DNA of 64,000 bases from an uncultured delta proteobacterium. Its GTDB lineage: Bacteria; Myxococcota_A; Polyangia; Polyangiales; Polyangiaceae. A model generated the notes under the pieces. It ran no database searches, was not told the origin of the DNA, and saw only the letters and a program-made list of their open reading frames with translations. The stretch is from contig CAWJCS010000006.1 in assembly GCA_963841435.1 (NCBI GenBank), forward strand, positions 1,216,001 through 1,280,000. Direction: 5' to 3'. Shown one piece after another: positions 19,260-28,420 of this stretch (position 1 is the first letter of the stretch; every line of letters starts with the position of its first letter). Made by a program: the position numbers and the translations under genes.

Positions 19260-20359
19260 ACGTGCGCGACAGCGATCCGGATCTGGTGCGCACGTTGCGG
19301 GAGCTCGGCTCGGGTGGTGTCCCCGTCGCGGATGCCGGGCGCGCGGAATACCAGCGCGAGCGCGTCATCCGTGTGATCGGACGTGCGCTCCAAAGCGTGC
19401 GGAGCGCGCACCGCCGCGGCCGGCGCACTTTCGGGATCGTCGCCGCCGCGGCCCTGCTCGCGCTCGCGGTGGGCGGTGCTCGGCTGGCGCTCGGGAGCGG
19501 CACGGAAACCGCCACCGGCGACGTCGCGACGGGCGCCGTGGCGGCGCGCAGCGTCTTCGGCACCGTCACCGTCACGGGAGTCGGCGTGCCCCACGCGGCG
19601 GTGGTGGGTGATCTGTTCCGCGGCGGCGAGGCCGTCACGACGGCCCTCGATTCGAAGATCGATCTCTCGGTCGAGTCCGGCGTCGCCGCTCTCGGCGCGT
19701 CGAGCCATCTCGAGTTCATGACGCCCAATCAGAAGGAGCGGCGCGTGCGGCTCTCGGCCGGGCGCGTCAACGTGGACCTGCCCGTGAAGCTGCGCGGTGG
19801 GCGCCATCTGGTCGTCGAAACCCCGGATGTAGACGTGCTCGTGGTCGGTACCGCGTTCAGCGTGGGTGTGGACCGGCAGGGGACGGAAACGACGACGCGC
19901 GTCAACGTCCAGCGCGGGACGGTCTGGGTCGTGAAGGGTGGCCGGCAAGAAGCGGTGCTGGTTGCTGGTCAGTCGTGGCGTTCCGGGGCGCCCGTTGCCG
20001 CCACGACCACCGCTCCTGCGGAGTCTTCCGCGACGGCGCCGAAAGCCTCCGTTCGGGCGTCGCGGTCGGGCGATTCGGGAACCCTCGCCGACGAAAACCG
20101 AATGTTTCAAGCGGGTCTCTCGGCGCGCAACGCGGGCGACGCCCAGGCTGCCGCCGACGCGTTCGGTGCGTTGCTCGCTCGCTACCCCCGCTCCGTTCTG
20201 GCCGAGCAAGCCCTCGCCGAGCGCTTCCGCGCGCTCGGGCGTGCTGGCAATACTTCGTCGGCCGCGGCCGCGGCACGCCGCTATCTCGCGAGCTACCCCA
20301 GGGGTTTTGCGCGCGTTGAGGCGGAACGGGTCACACGGGGGTCTCTCGGCGCGCGTTGA
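19256..20359 (+). CDS. FecR-domain anti-sigma factor with C-terminal TPR-like domain
   Basis: TM segment; VETPDVDVLVVGTAFSV...V.VQRGTV; C-terminal L..EN...LARYP.S...YLASYP.G; GTGA overlap with the sigma gene. Confidence 0.88.
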   Translation: MNVRDSDPDLVRTLRELGSGGVPVADAGRAEYQRERVIRVIGRALQSVRSAHRRGRRTFGIVAAAALLALAVGGARLALGSGTETATGDVATGAVAARSVFGTVTVTGVGVPHAAVVGDLFRGGEAVTTALDSKIDLSVESGVAALGASSHLEFMTPNQKERRVRLSAGRVNVDLPVKLRGGRHLVVETPDVDVLVVGTAFSVGVDRQGTETTTRVNVQRGTVWVVKGGRQEAVLVAGQSWRSGAPVAATTTAPAESSATAPKASVRASRSGDSGTLADENRMFQAGLSARNAGDAQAAADAFGALLARYPRSVLAEQALAERFRALGRAGNTSSAAAAARRYLASYPRGFARVEAERVTRGSLGAR

Positions 20360-20472
20360 TGAGCCGGGTGCGCGCGCATCGCACATCAGAGCCTGATTGC
20401 GAGAAGCCGAAGTTACTTAGGGGAGCGTGCGTCGGGTGATGACATCCACGTGCCGCCCTAGGAGGCTTCCCG

Positions 20473-21135
20473 ATGAGGTTTATCAACGTTGGTTTTGGTC
20501 TCGTGGTGTCCGGCGCCCTGGCTACGGCAGTCTCCGGATGCGGTGGTGGTGACGACGACGCGAACGCCCCAATCGTGCCGAGCACGGGCGGCAGCTCGGC
20601 CACGGGTGGCAGCTCCGGCACGGGCGGCACCTCCGGCACGAGCACGGGCGGCACGACGAGCACGGGCGGTACGGGTGGCACGCTGAGCACCGGCGGCACG
20701 AGCGGTACCGGTACTGGCGGTACGGGCGGCACATTGAGCACAGGCGGCACGAGCGGCACGGGCGGCACCGCTGGCATGGCGGGCGGCGGTGGTCGCTTCG
20801 GTGGCGACGCTGGCGGCGCCGGTATGGCGGGCGGCGGTGGTCGCTTCGGCGGCGACGCTGGCGGCGCCGGCATGGCTGGTGGCGGTGGTCGCTTCGGCGG
20901 CGACGCCGGTGGCGCCGGCATGGCTGGCGGCGGTGGCCGCATGGGTGGCAACGCTGGCGGCGGTGGCCGCATGGGTGGCAATGCCGGCAACGCTGGCGGC
21001 GGTGGCCGCATGGGTGGCAATGCCGGCAACGCTGGCGGCGGTGGCCGCATGGGTGGCAACGCTGGCGGCGGCGGCCGCATGGGCGGCAACGCTGGCGGCG
21101 CTGGCATGGCCGACGGCGGAACCGCCGGCGCCTGA
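20473..21135 (+). CDS. Gly-rich lipoprotein with eight GGGGR[F/M]GG[D/N]AG repeats and no globular domain
   Basis: SD GGAGG at 20461; AVSGC lipobox; Thr/Ser/Gly tract followed by the Arg-containing repeats. Confidence 0.85.
   Translation: MRFINVGFGLVVSGALATAVSGCGGGDDDANAPIVPSTGGSSATGGSSGTGGTSGTSTGGTTSTGGTGGTLSTGGTSGTGTGGTGGTLSTGGTSGTGGTAGMAGGGGRFGGDAGGAGMAGGGGRFGGDAGGAGMAGGGGRFGGDAGGAGMAGGGGRMGGNAGGGGRMGGNAGNAGGGGRMGGNAGNAGGGGRMGGNAGGGGRMGGNAGGAGMADGGTAGA
20776..21105 (+). repeat. Intragenic tandem repeats: three 48-nt units (MAGGGGRFGGDAGGAG), then five 30/39-nt units (GGGGRMGGNA[GNA])
   Basis: 48-nt periodic ATGs at 20776, 20824, 20872 and 20920. Confidence 0.9.
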
Positions 21136-21234
21136 GCGGTTCAGAGCTCGCGGCGAGCGCGGCGCCGGGGCGGCCCACGCCCCGGCGACGCGTGACGCGG
21201 CTCGAGCCCCCCGAGGGCGACTAAGCTCTTCCCG

Positions 21235-22752
21235 ATGCGGCTCCTGGGTCGCCTGAAGAGCGTTTATCTCGGCGCCGACGAGCGCAGTCTCGCCGCGGGG
21301 CGCATCGCGCTCGCGGTCGTTCTGCTGCTCGATCTCGCGCGCCGCGCGCGCGAGATCGACACCCTCTACTCCAACGATGGGCTCTTGCCGAACCACACGG
21401 TGCTGTGGCGGCCGTCGTCGAGCCACGTCTTCTCTTTCTTCTTCATGGCGTCGCACGGCTACGAGGCGGCGCTCGGCTTCGCGCTCTGTGCGCTCGTCTA
21501 CGCGGGCCTCCTCTTCGGCCATAAAACCCAGTTCTGCCAAGTCGCGAGCCTTCTGTGCGTGCTCAGCCTGCACGGCCGCACGCAATTCGCGCAGAACGGC
21601 GGCGACAACGTGCTCGGCGAGCTCTGCCTGTTCGCGGCGTTCTTGCCGCTGGGGCGTCGCTACGCGCTCGATGCCCGCGAACAGGCCGCCGGGCAGCGCG
21701 ATGTCCGGTCGCTCGCCATGCTCGCGCTACGTCTCCAGATTGCCACGATCTACGCGTTCAACGCGCTGCAGAAGACGGGACCGACCTGGCGCGACGGGAG
21801 CGTCGTCCACTACATGCTGCACCAGGACGGCATCGTCACGATGCTCGGGGCCTGGCTGCGCGACCGGCTCACGCTGGGCGAATCGGCCGTCATGACGCAT
21901 GCGGCGCACGCGATCGAGGCGGCGTTGCCGTTGTTGATCCTGTCTCCGGTCGCCGTGCCCCACGCGCGGCGCCTCGCAGCAGCGCTCATGCTCGCCTTGC
22001 ACGGTGGCTTTGCGCTGGCTCTGAACCTCGGGATCTTCTCCTTCGCGATGCTCGCGTTCGCCCCATTTTTACTGCCGGGGGAGGACATCGAGCGTTTCGT
22101 CGGCTGGCTCGATAGAACTTCGAAGCGCCACCTCGGCGACACGCGACGACGACTCGTCGCATGGCGCGATCGCTTGCCCCAGGTGACTTCGCGAGGGCGT
22201 CCGGCCCGAACGGAGCCGCACCGGCGCCGTGCGCTCGTGCGACTCGGCGAGGTGACGATCGTCGTCATCATGGGCGTGGCCGGTTGCCAGGAGCTGGTCG
22301 ACAACCCCGTCACGGGGGTCGACCTCTCGTGGCGTCCGCGCGCCGTGGGCGTCGCCGTCGATTACCTGCAGATGCTCGAGGCCTGGGCGATGTACGCGCC
22401 CGACGCGCCCACCACCGACACGAACCTCTGGGTCAACGCCGTGACGCGCGACGGCCGCCACGTCGATCCGTTCAACGAGCGGGCGAGCCCCGGCGCACCC
22501 CGCCCGGGCGGCGCGATTCCCGCGCATCTCGGCCAGAGCTGCCTGCTCTACGCCTACGCGCTCCGCATCCCCTACCAGCCGGCGTACCACCGAGCGCTCG
22601 GCGAATGGATCCTGCGTTACCCGGAGCGCACGGGGCACGCCGGGGACGAGATCCGCTCGTTTTCCGTCTACGCCGTCGAGGACGAGAGTCCCCCGCCGGG
22701 AGAGCGCGAGCCACGACGGGCGAAAGCGCGGTTCTTATTCGGCTATCCGTGA
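21235..22752 (+). CDS. HTTM-domain (vitamin K-dependent carboxylase-like) membrane protein
   Basis: D.RSLA..RI, LYSNDG.LP, NGGD, LPLGRRY.LD, LQIA.IY, K.G..W.DG, LH.G, W.MYAP. Confidence 0.8.
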   Translation: MRLLGRLKSVYLGADERSLAAGRIALAVVLLLDLARRAREIDTLYSNDGLLPNHTVLWRPSSSHVFSFFFMASHGYEAALGFALCALVYAGLLFGHKTQFCQVASLLCVLSLHGRTQFAQNGGDNVLGELCLFAAFLPLGRRYALDAREQAAGQRDVRSLAMLALRLQIATIYAFNALQKTGPTWRDGSVVHYMLHQDGIVTMLGAWLRDRLTLGESAVMTHAAHAIEAALPLLILSPVAVPHARRLAAALMLALHGGFALALNLGIFSFAMLAFAPFLLPGEDIERFVGWLDRTSKRHLGDTRRRLVAWRDRLPQVTSRGRPARTEPHRRRALVRLGEVTIVVIMGVAGCQELVDNPVTGVDLSWRPRAVGVAVDYLQMLEAWAMYAPDAPTTDTNLWVNAVTRDGRHVDPFNERASPGAPRPGGAIPAHLGQSCLLYAYALRIPYQPAYHRALGEWILRYPERTGHAGDEIRSFSVYAVEDESPPPGEREPRRAKARFLFGYP

Positions 22753-22762
22753 CGAGGCGACG

Positions 22763-23827
22763 CTAGTCGGTGTCCCACCAGAAGTAGCTGTGGATGCGAA
22801 ACTCCTGCTCGGGGAGCTTCTTTCCCTCGAGCTCGCCCGCGAAGTGAGCGTCGTAGCTCGACATGGGATTCGCGCGCATCACGAGGCGGCCGCGCAAGGT
22901 GTCCCCGATGTGAACCTCGAGGGGCTTCGCGAAAACGAAGCGCAGCTGCGCCCAGTGCGTGCGTGGCGCGTCGGGCGCCGTGCTCAAAACGACGCGCTCG
23001 GTCGTGCCCTCGAAGGTGACGTCGAACCAGCCGGCGAGCCCGTGAATCGTGCCGGGGTGTGTCGCGACGAACTCGAACGGAAGCACGATCTCGGCGAGGT
23101 CGTCGAGCGGTACCGTGCGAAAGTCGAAGCCGTGCACCACGGGGCTTGCCATGAGCAGGCGGGGAGGGACGAAGCCGAGCGCCGGCATCGCGGAGAGTTC
23201 CTCCGCCGCCACCGACCCGAGGCCCGACAGGTCAACGCCGAAGAAATCGGTCTGCTCCCAGAACTTCTTACGGGAGACGCGGCCCTCGAAAAGCTTCTGA
23301 TCGACGAAGGGGGCGAGCCAGAGCCGACCGGTCGTTGGAAAGAGCGTGCCGCCAGGGCGGAGGAAGCGATCACGCGCGATCAGGAACGCCTCGACCATCC
23401 GCTCGTGGAACAGGAAAAATCCCCACGGCTCCGAGATGATCACGTCGATCGGCTCGGGCATGGAGAGCTCGGCGAGCTGGCCCTTGACGATGACGACCCG
23501 GTCGCTCATGCCATTGTGCTCGAACAGGCGGCGCGCATGCTCGGCCGTTGCCGTTCCCTCGACGGCGTACACCTTGCGAGCGCCGGCGAGCGCCGCGAAC
23601 GCCGACAGGATCCCCGTGCCCGCGCCCACGTCGAGCACGACCTTACCCGCGAAGTCGGCGCGATTGCCGACGATGCCCTGCCGGTAGGCGCCGGTGCGCT
23701 CGCGATCCTCGAGCATCGCCTGTTGGTTCGCGAGGAAGTGGTAGTGGGCCGAATGGACGGCACCCCACTCCGGGAGCACGGGAACGAGCTTGCTCCCGGC
23801 GTCCGGTTTCGGGCTCGAAGACGCCAT
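22763..23827 (-). CDS. CARM1/PRMT4-like type I protein arginine N-methyltransferase
   Basis: QQAMLEDRERT, VLDVGAGTGILS, VYAVE, IDVIISEPWGFFLFHERM (double-E loop), FL.PGG.LFP, FW.Q..F.GVDLS, HGLA.WFDV.F, LSTAP..P.THW.Q. Confidence 0.9.
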   Translation of the reverse strand: MASSSPKPDAGSKLVPVLPEWGAVHSAHYHFLANQQAMLEDRERTGAYRQGIVGNRADFAGKVVLDVGAGTGILSAFAALAGARKVYAVEGTATAEHARRLFEHNGMSDRVVIVKGQLAELSMPEPIDVIISEPWGFFLFHERMVEAFLIARDRFLRPGGTLFPTTGRLWLAPFVDQKLFEGRVSRKKFWEQTDFFGVDLSGLGSVAAEELSAMPALGFVPPRLLMASPVVHGFDFRTVPLDDLAEIVLPFEFVATHPGTIHGLAGWFDVTFEGTTERVVLSTAPDAPRTHWAQLRFVFAKPLEVHIGDTLRGRLVMRANPMSSYDAHFAGELEGKKLPEQEFRIHSYFWWDTD

Positions 23828-23850
23828 CGTAGAGCTCTTGGATCGAGGGC

Positions 23851-25170
23851 TCAGCCGCCCTTTGCCGCACAGCGCATGGCGCACTGCAGGTCGCCGGAGG
23901 AACAGCCGCACTTGCTGCGCGGCTTGGCTGGCGCGGCCGCAGGCTCGCTGCCGCCGCTCGTGCTCGAACCCGAGCTCGACGACGACTTCTTCGTGGAGGT
24001 CACGCGGCGAGTCGTGGTCGTCCTCTTTTTCTCGGGCTTGTCGGGTCCCTCGTCGTCCGCCGACCCCGTGGGTGGTGGGGCCGCCGTGAGGGTCGGGGTG
24101 GGGGTCGGCGTTGGTGCTGCTGCCGGGGGAGGAGGCGGCAGTGGCGCCTCGACGACGGGCGGCGGCGGAGCCGGACGCAGGATGACGGCGAGCGCCACGA
24201 TCACGGCGGCGGCGACGATGGCGATGGCGATGAAGAGGCCCGTCTTGCTCTTCTGTGGCGACGCGAGATCCGCCGCCGTGAGCCCGCCGCCGAGCGGTGA
24301 GCCCAGGCCGAGCGGGGCCGAGACGCCGAGCGGCGCCGTGCCGAGCGGTGACATCGCCGGGGCCGCAGTGAGTGGCTGGGCCGCGGCGGCGCCCTCGGAC
24401 TTCACGGCGGCGGCCGTGAGTGCCTTCAGATCGATGAGACCCGAGTCGTCACGGCTCGCGGTCGTGGAGGAGCCGCGTGGAGCCGGCGCCGACCGCGACG
24501 GCGACGACGCCGACGCCAACGTCAGCGCGCTCAGCGAGAACAGCACCGACGACTCATTGCGCGCGCCGGTTGCTCCAGCCAACCCGCCGCCTCCCAATCC
24601 CCCGGGTTCGGGAGCGCTGGTCGCGACGTCCTCCTCGCTGCCGGCGCGGTCGATGCGTCCGAAGAGGTCGCTGCCCGCTGCCCGCGCGGGCCGAGCGGCC
24701 GCTCTCACGGGGCTTGGTTGGGGCGGCGGCGCTTCGGACTTGGCTTCCCAGGGCGATGCCGCGGGGGCCGGCGCCGCTTGCGCGTGGCCTGCCGCCGCGT
24801 GCAGCGCTTCCACGATCTCGTCAACCTCGGACAGCGCCTTCCAATCCTCGAAGCCGTCTGCCCAAACGTACGTTTCGCCCGTGATCTGGCCTGCATTGTA
24901 GGCTGCAACGATCTCGGCGACCGGCATCGTGCGCTGATCGCCGTCACCGAGGTCCACCGAATACTCAGGGCCTGTTTCCGCCTGTTCGCTCATGGGATGC
25001 TCTTCTGCCGGTTCCCCGCCCGTTGAAGCCGTGACGGACGGAGGGTTCACCTTACCGTCGATGACGATGGTCGCGCCGCACTTGCGGCAGCGGATCTTCG
25101 CCAGCCGAGACACCACCTTCTCGTCGGAGATGGAGTACTTCGCGGAGCAGGAGGGACAACTTATCTTCAC
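23851..25170 (-). CDS. Zinc-ribbon (MJ0042-type) + GYF_2 membrane protein, GltJ/AgmX-like N-terminus
   Basis: CPSC.AKY.I.D...RCRKC; GQITGETYVWADGFEDWK.LSEV; RNESSVLFSL and SGLIDL motifs; TM; Pro-rich tail; C-terminal CGC..GDLQCAMRC. Confidence 0.85.
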   Translation of the reverse strand: MKISCPSCSAKYSISDEKVVSRLAKIRCRKCGATIVIDGKVNPPSVTASTGGEPAEEHPMSEQAETGPEYSVDLGDGDQRTMPVAEIVAAYNAGQITGETYVWADGFEDWKALSEVDEIVEALHAAAGHAQAAPAPAASPWEAKSEAPPPQPSPVRAAARPARAAGSDLFGRIDRAGSEEDVATSAPEPGGLGGGGLAGATGARNESSVLFSLSALTLASASSPSRSAPAPRGSSTTASRDDSGLIDLKALTAAAVKSEGAAAAQPLTAAPAMSPLGTAPLGVSAPLGLGSPLGGGLTAADLASPQKSKTGLFIAIAIVAAAVIVALAVILRPAPPPPVVEAPLPPPPPAAAPTPTPTPTLTAAPPPTGSADDEGPDKPEKKRTTTTRRVTSTKKSSSSSGSSTSGGSEPAAAPAKPRSKCGCSSGDLQCAMRCAAKGG

Positions 25171-25482
25171 GCTTGGCCTCGTGAGGGACCCGGGCTGGGG
25201 TACAGGGATACTATCATCGGAAAGAGACCGCTCCGGTCCAGCGGTCGCATCATTAACCAAGCAATACGGAGCGCTCTGCGATTCGGTCTGGCCTGCCTAG
25301 CAGACGGTGAAACGGGCGCCGGAGCGCACCCTTTTAGCTAGATTCGCCCGTGAGCGCCAGCTTCAAGGGCGAGAGCCTGCCCGACCGAGTTCGACACCCC
25401 CTTCTTCCAAAGGCTTTGCTAGTTTTTGGGGGCTCGGGGCCGGGAGGGTCGGAAAACGCTGGGATTTGGAGGCCTTCCCGGG

Positions 25483-26146
25483 TCAAGGCTCGCCCTCCGG
25501 CCCCCGGCCCAGCCGGGAAAGGGCGGTCAGCGCGGCGATTCGCTCGGCGAGCTCCGGATTTTCGCCGTCCTCGGCACGCAATGCACGAAACAACTCGTGC
25601 GTCGCGGCCGCGAGATCGCCTTCGGTGATTCGCGCTTCCGCGCGCTTGGCGTAGAGCTTCGCCGCCTTCGAACGGCAGAGCTCGTCGAGTGAACGAGCTC
25701 CCGTGTCGGCCCGATCGGCCGTCGTGCCGTCGGAGTCAACATCGAGCCGGAGCTCGCCCTTCGCGAGGGCGAGATCGTAGGCCGCGCGACGCTCCGGCAC
25801 GATGAGCGCCTGGTACGCCTCGACGCCCCGCCGGAAGACTCGCAGGGCAATCCGACGCGCAGCGTCATCGCCGCGCGACTGGGCGTCGGGGTGGAACGCC
25901 AGGGAAAATTCGTGGAACGCGCTTCGGATCGCGTCGGCGTCCGCAATCTCGAGGACGCCGAGGATCTCGTAGTAGCTCGCGTCGTCGAGCACGCCGTCCC
26001 ACGCCATCAGGTGCGCGAGATTCGAGCGACGCCGCGTCCTCGGCGGGCTCGAGAGGATCGAAGCCGGCGTCGGGTGACGGCTCGATGGGCGGCCGGCTCG
26101 AGCCCGGACCAGCGCCGTCGTCGCCCGCATCGTTTGCTTCGCTCAT
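25483..26146 (-). CDS. J-domain (DnaJ-type) co-chaperone; possible frameshift at ~26021 (intact alternative start ATG 26007)
   Basis: SYYEILGV...FHPD...EAYQAL..PERRAAYD; C-terminal TPR-like helices. Confidence 0.85.
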
Positions 26147-26163
26147 GTAAAAACGAGCACCGC

Positions 26164-28420
26164 TCAACCGGTGCGCTGGGCGGCGTGACGCGCTGCGAGG
26201 CCGGCGACGTGTTCGGGCTCGGGAATGGCGACCATGTGGACCTTCGCCAACGTCTCTCGCCCGGTCTGCACGTCGCGTGCGCTCACCTCGAGCAGACCGT
26301 CCGTGTCGAGCGCGAAAGTCACCGCGACCTCCACCGTGCCGCGCGAGCCTGCGCGCAGACCCGTGAGCTCGAGCTCTCCGAGCAACGTGTTTTCAGCGAA
26401 CCGACTCGACTCGCCCTGACCGATGCGCACTCGTACAATCGTCTGGTTGTCGGATGCCGTGACGAAGTTTCGTCGCTTGCTGCAGGGCACGGGCGTGTTG
26501 CGAGCGATCAACGAGTCGGAGTAACCGCCGATGGTCTCGACGGAGAGCGTGAGCGGCGTCACGTCGATGAGCACGGGAGGTGGAGCCGCGAGCGGCATGG
26601 GGGCGGGCGCTGGGAGCGGAGCGGTGAGCGCTGCGGCCGCCGCCGCGGGAGCGGGCACCGAGGGCAGCGGGGGACCGGCGTCCGCGGGCGGCGGCATGGG
26701 CGGTGCGGGGCCGACCCGCGTGGGAGCGTCGTCGGGCACCTCGGGAAGCGGCAAGGACGCTTCGTCGAGATCCTCGAGCTCGGCGGGCTCGAGTAGCTCG
26801 ATGTCGTGGACGCTCGTCGAGGCCGGCGGAGGGGGTGGGGGCGGCGGAGGGGGCGGAGGTAGAGGTAGGGGCGGTAGCCGTGGCGCTGCGCGCCCAGGGG
26901 TGTCCGGTGGAGACAGCGGTGGCGCGAGCGCTGCCGTGCGGGCCGCGTCGCCGAGGCCGCTGCCGGTCTTCGTCCGCGCGCGGGCGCCGAGGCCGAGCAG
27001 CGTCGACCCTTCACGGTGCGTCGGGGTCTCGGGCGTGAGCGCCGCGGGCGGCTGCGCAACGCCCGGTCGCGTCACCATGCCGCGGCGTGGCTCGAACGGC
27101 TTGGTCTCGGGTGCGACCTCGCCCTCGGCCACCATGCTGCTCAGCCTGACGCGCCCGGGTTCGGCGGGGCCGCCGCTCGCGTCGCCGCTCGGTCGCGTCG
27201 TGCGCGCGACGCCGCGCTGCGTGTTCGCAAGGCGTGCAGGCACCGGCGGCGCGGGCACCGGGGCGCGTCGCCGCTCCGTTCCCGAAAGCGCGCTCGCCTG
27301 AATCGCGGCGCCCACCGCGACGACCTCGTCGGGGCTGACGTGGTGGTTTCCTTCGCGGCGGAAGAATTCCTCCACGCGCCGGCGAACGAGGGGAATTCGT
27401 GTCGACCCGCCGACCAGCAGCACCTGATCGAGGTCGGTCACGGAGAGCCGCGCCACGCCGAGCGCCTCGCGGCAAACGTCGAACGTCTGATCGACGATCG
27501 GCGCGATCGTGATCTCGAGCTCGCCCCGCGTCATCTCGAAGTTGAAATCGATCGAGCGCCCGTCGGGACCGTGCACGACGTCCTCCATCGAGACGCTCGC
27601 GGAGTCGTCCGTCGAACAGGCGCTGCTTCAGATCCTCGGCGGCAATCCGGAAGCGGTCGAACAGCACCGGGTCGGTGCGCACGTCGTAGCGGTGCTTGCG
27701 GAGGAAGAGCTCCGCCATGCGCTCGGCGATCGCGACGTCGATGTCGTCGCCGCCGAGGAACGTGTTGCCGGCCGTCGCGAGCACCTCGAAAACGTTGTTC
27801 GACAGATCGAGCAAGGTCACGTCGAACGTGCCGCCGCCGAAATCGTAGACGGCGATGCGCTCGGCGCTGTCCTTGCCGTAGCCGTACGCAAGCGCGGCGG
27901 CCGTGGGCTCGTTGAGGATGCGCAGCACCTCGAGTCCCGCGACGCGTCCGGCCACCTTCGTGGCGGCACGTTGCAGGTCGTTGAAATTTGCCGGCACGGT
28001 GATGACGGCCTGCTCGACGGGCACTCCGAGCGCGGCCTCGGCCACGGTCTTCGCCTTACGCAGCACGAACGCGCTGATCTCGGGCAGCGTGTAGGTTTCG
28101 CCGCGCGCGAACACGAGCGTGGACTGGCCGGGGCCCTCGCGCATCTCGAAGGGCAAGCGCGAACGCGCGCGCCGGACCTCCTCGGTGTCCCAGCTGCGTC
28201 CGATGAGCCGCTTGACCGAGTAGATCGTGCTCCCGGGGTCGATGATGCGGCGATCCTTGGCCGTGCGTCCGACGAGCACGCTGCCGTTCGGGTGGAAGGA
28301 CACCACCGAGGGAATCAGCGTGTTTTCCCGCTCGTCCGGCAGTGGCTGAGCTTCGCCGTCCCGAACGGCCGCGACGACGGTGTTGGTCGTCCCGAGGTCG
28401 ATGCCGACGACCTCGCTCAC
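26164..28420 (-). CDS. Hsp70 (DnaK-family paralog) with long Pro-rich insertion and no lid domain; apparent frameshift at ~27615
   Basis: GIDLGTTN, TVPANFND.QR, NEPTAAAL, DFGGGTFD, LVGGSTRIP, PDEVVA.GAA, LIDVTPL, T.SDNQ. The two ORFs join as KQRL|STDDSASV. Confidence 0.88.

Noticed and set aside
20776-21105. Periodic repeats considered as a CRISPR array or an RFamide-like neuropeptide precursor
   Set aside because: The repeats are in-frame coding units with synonymous variation and no unique spacers or cas genes. There are no dibasic cleavage sites after RFG.
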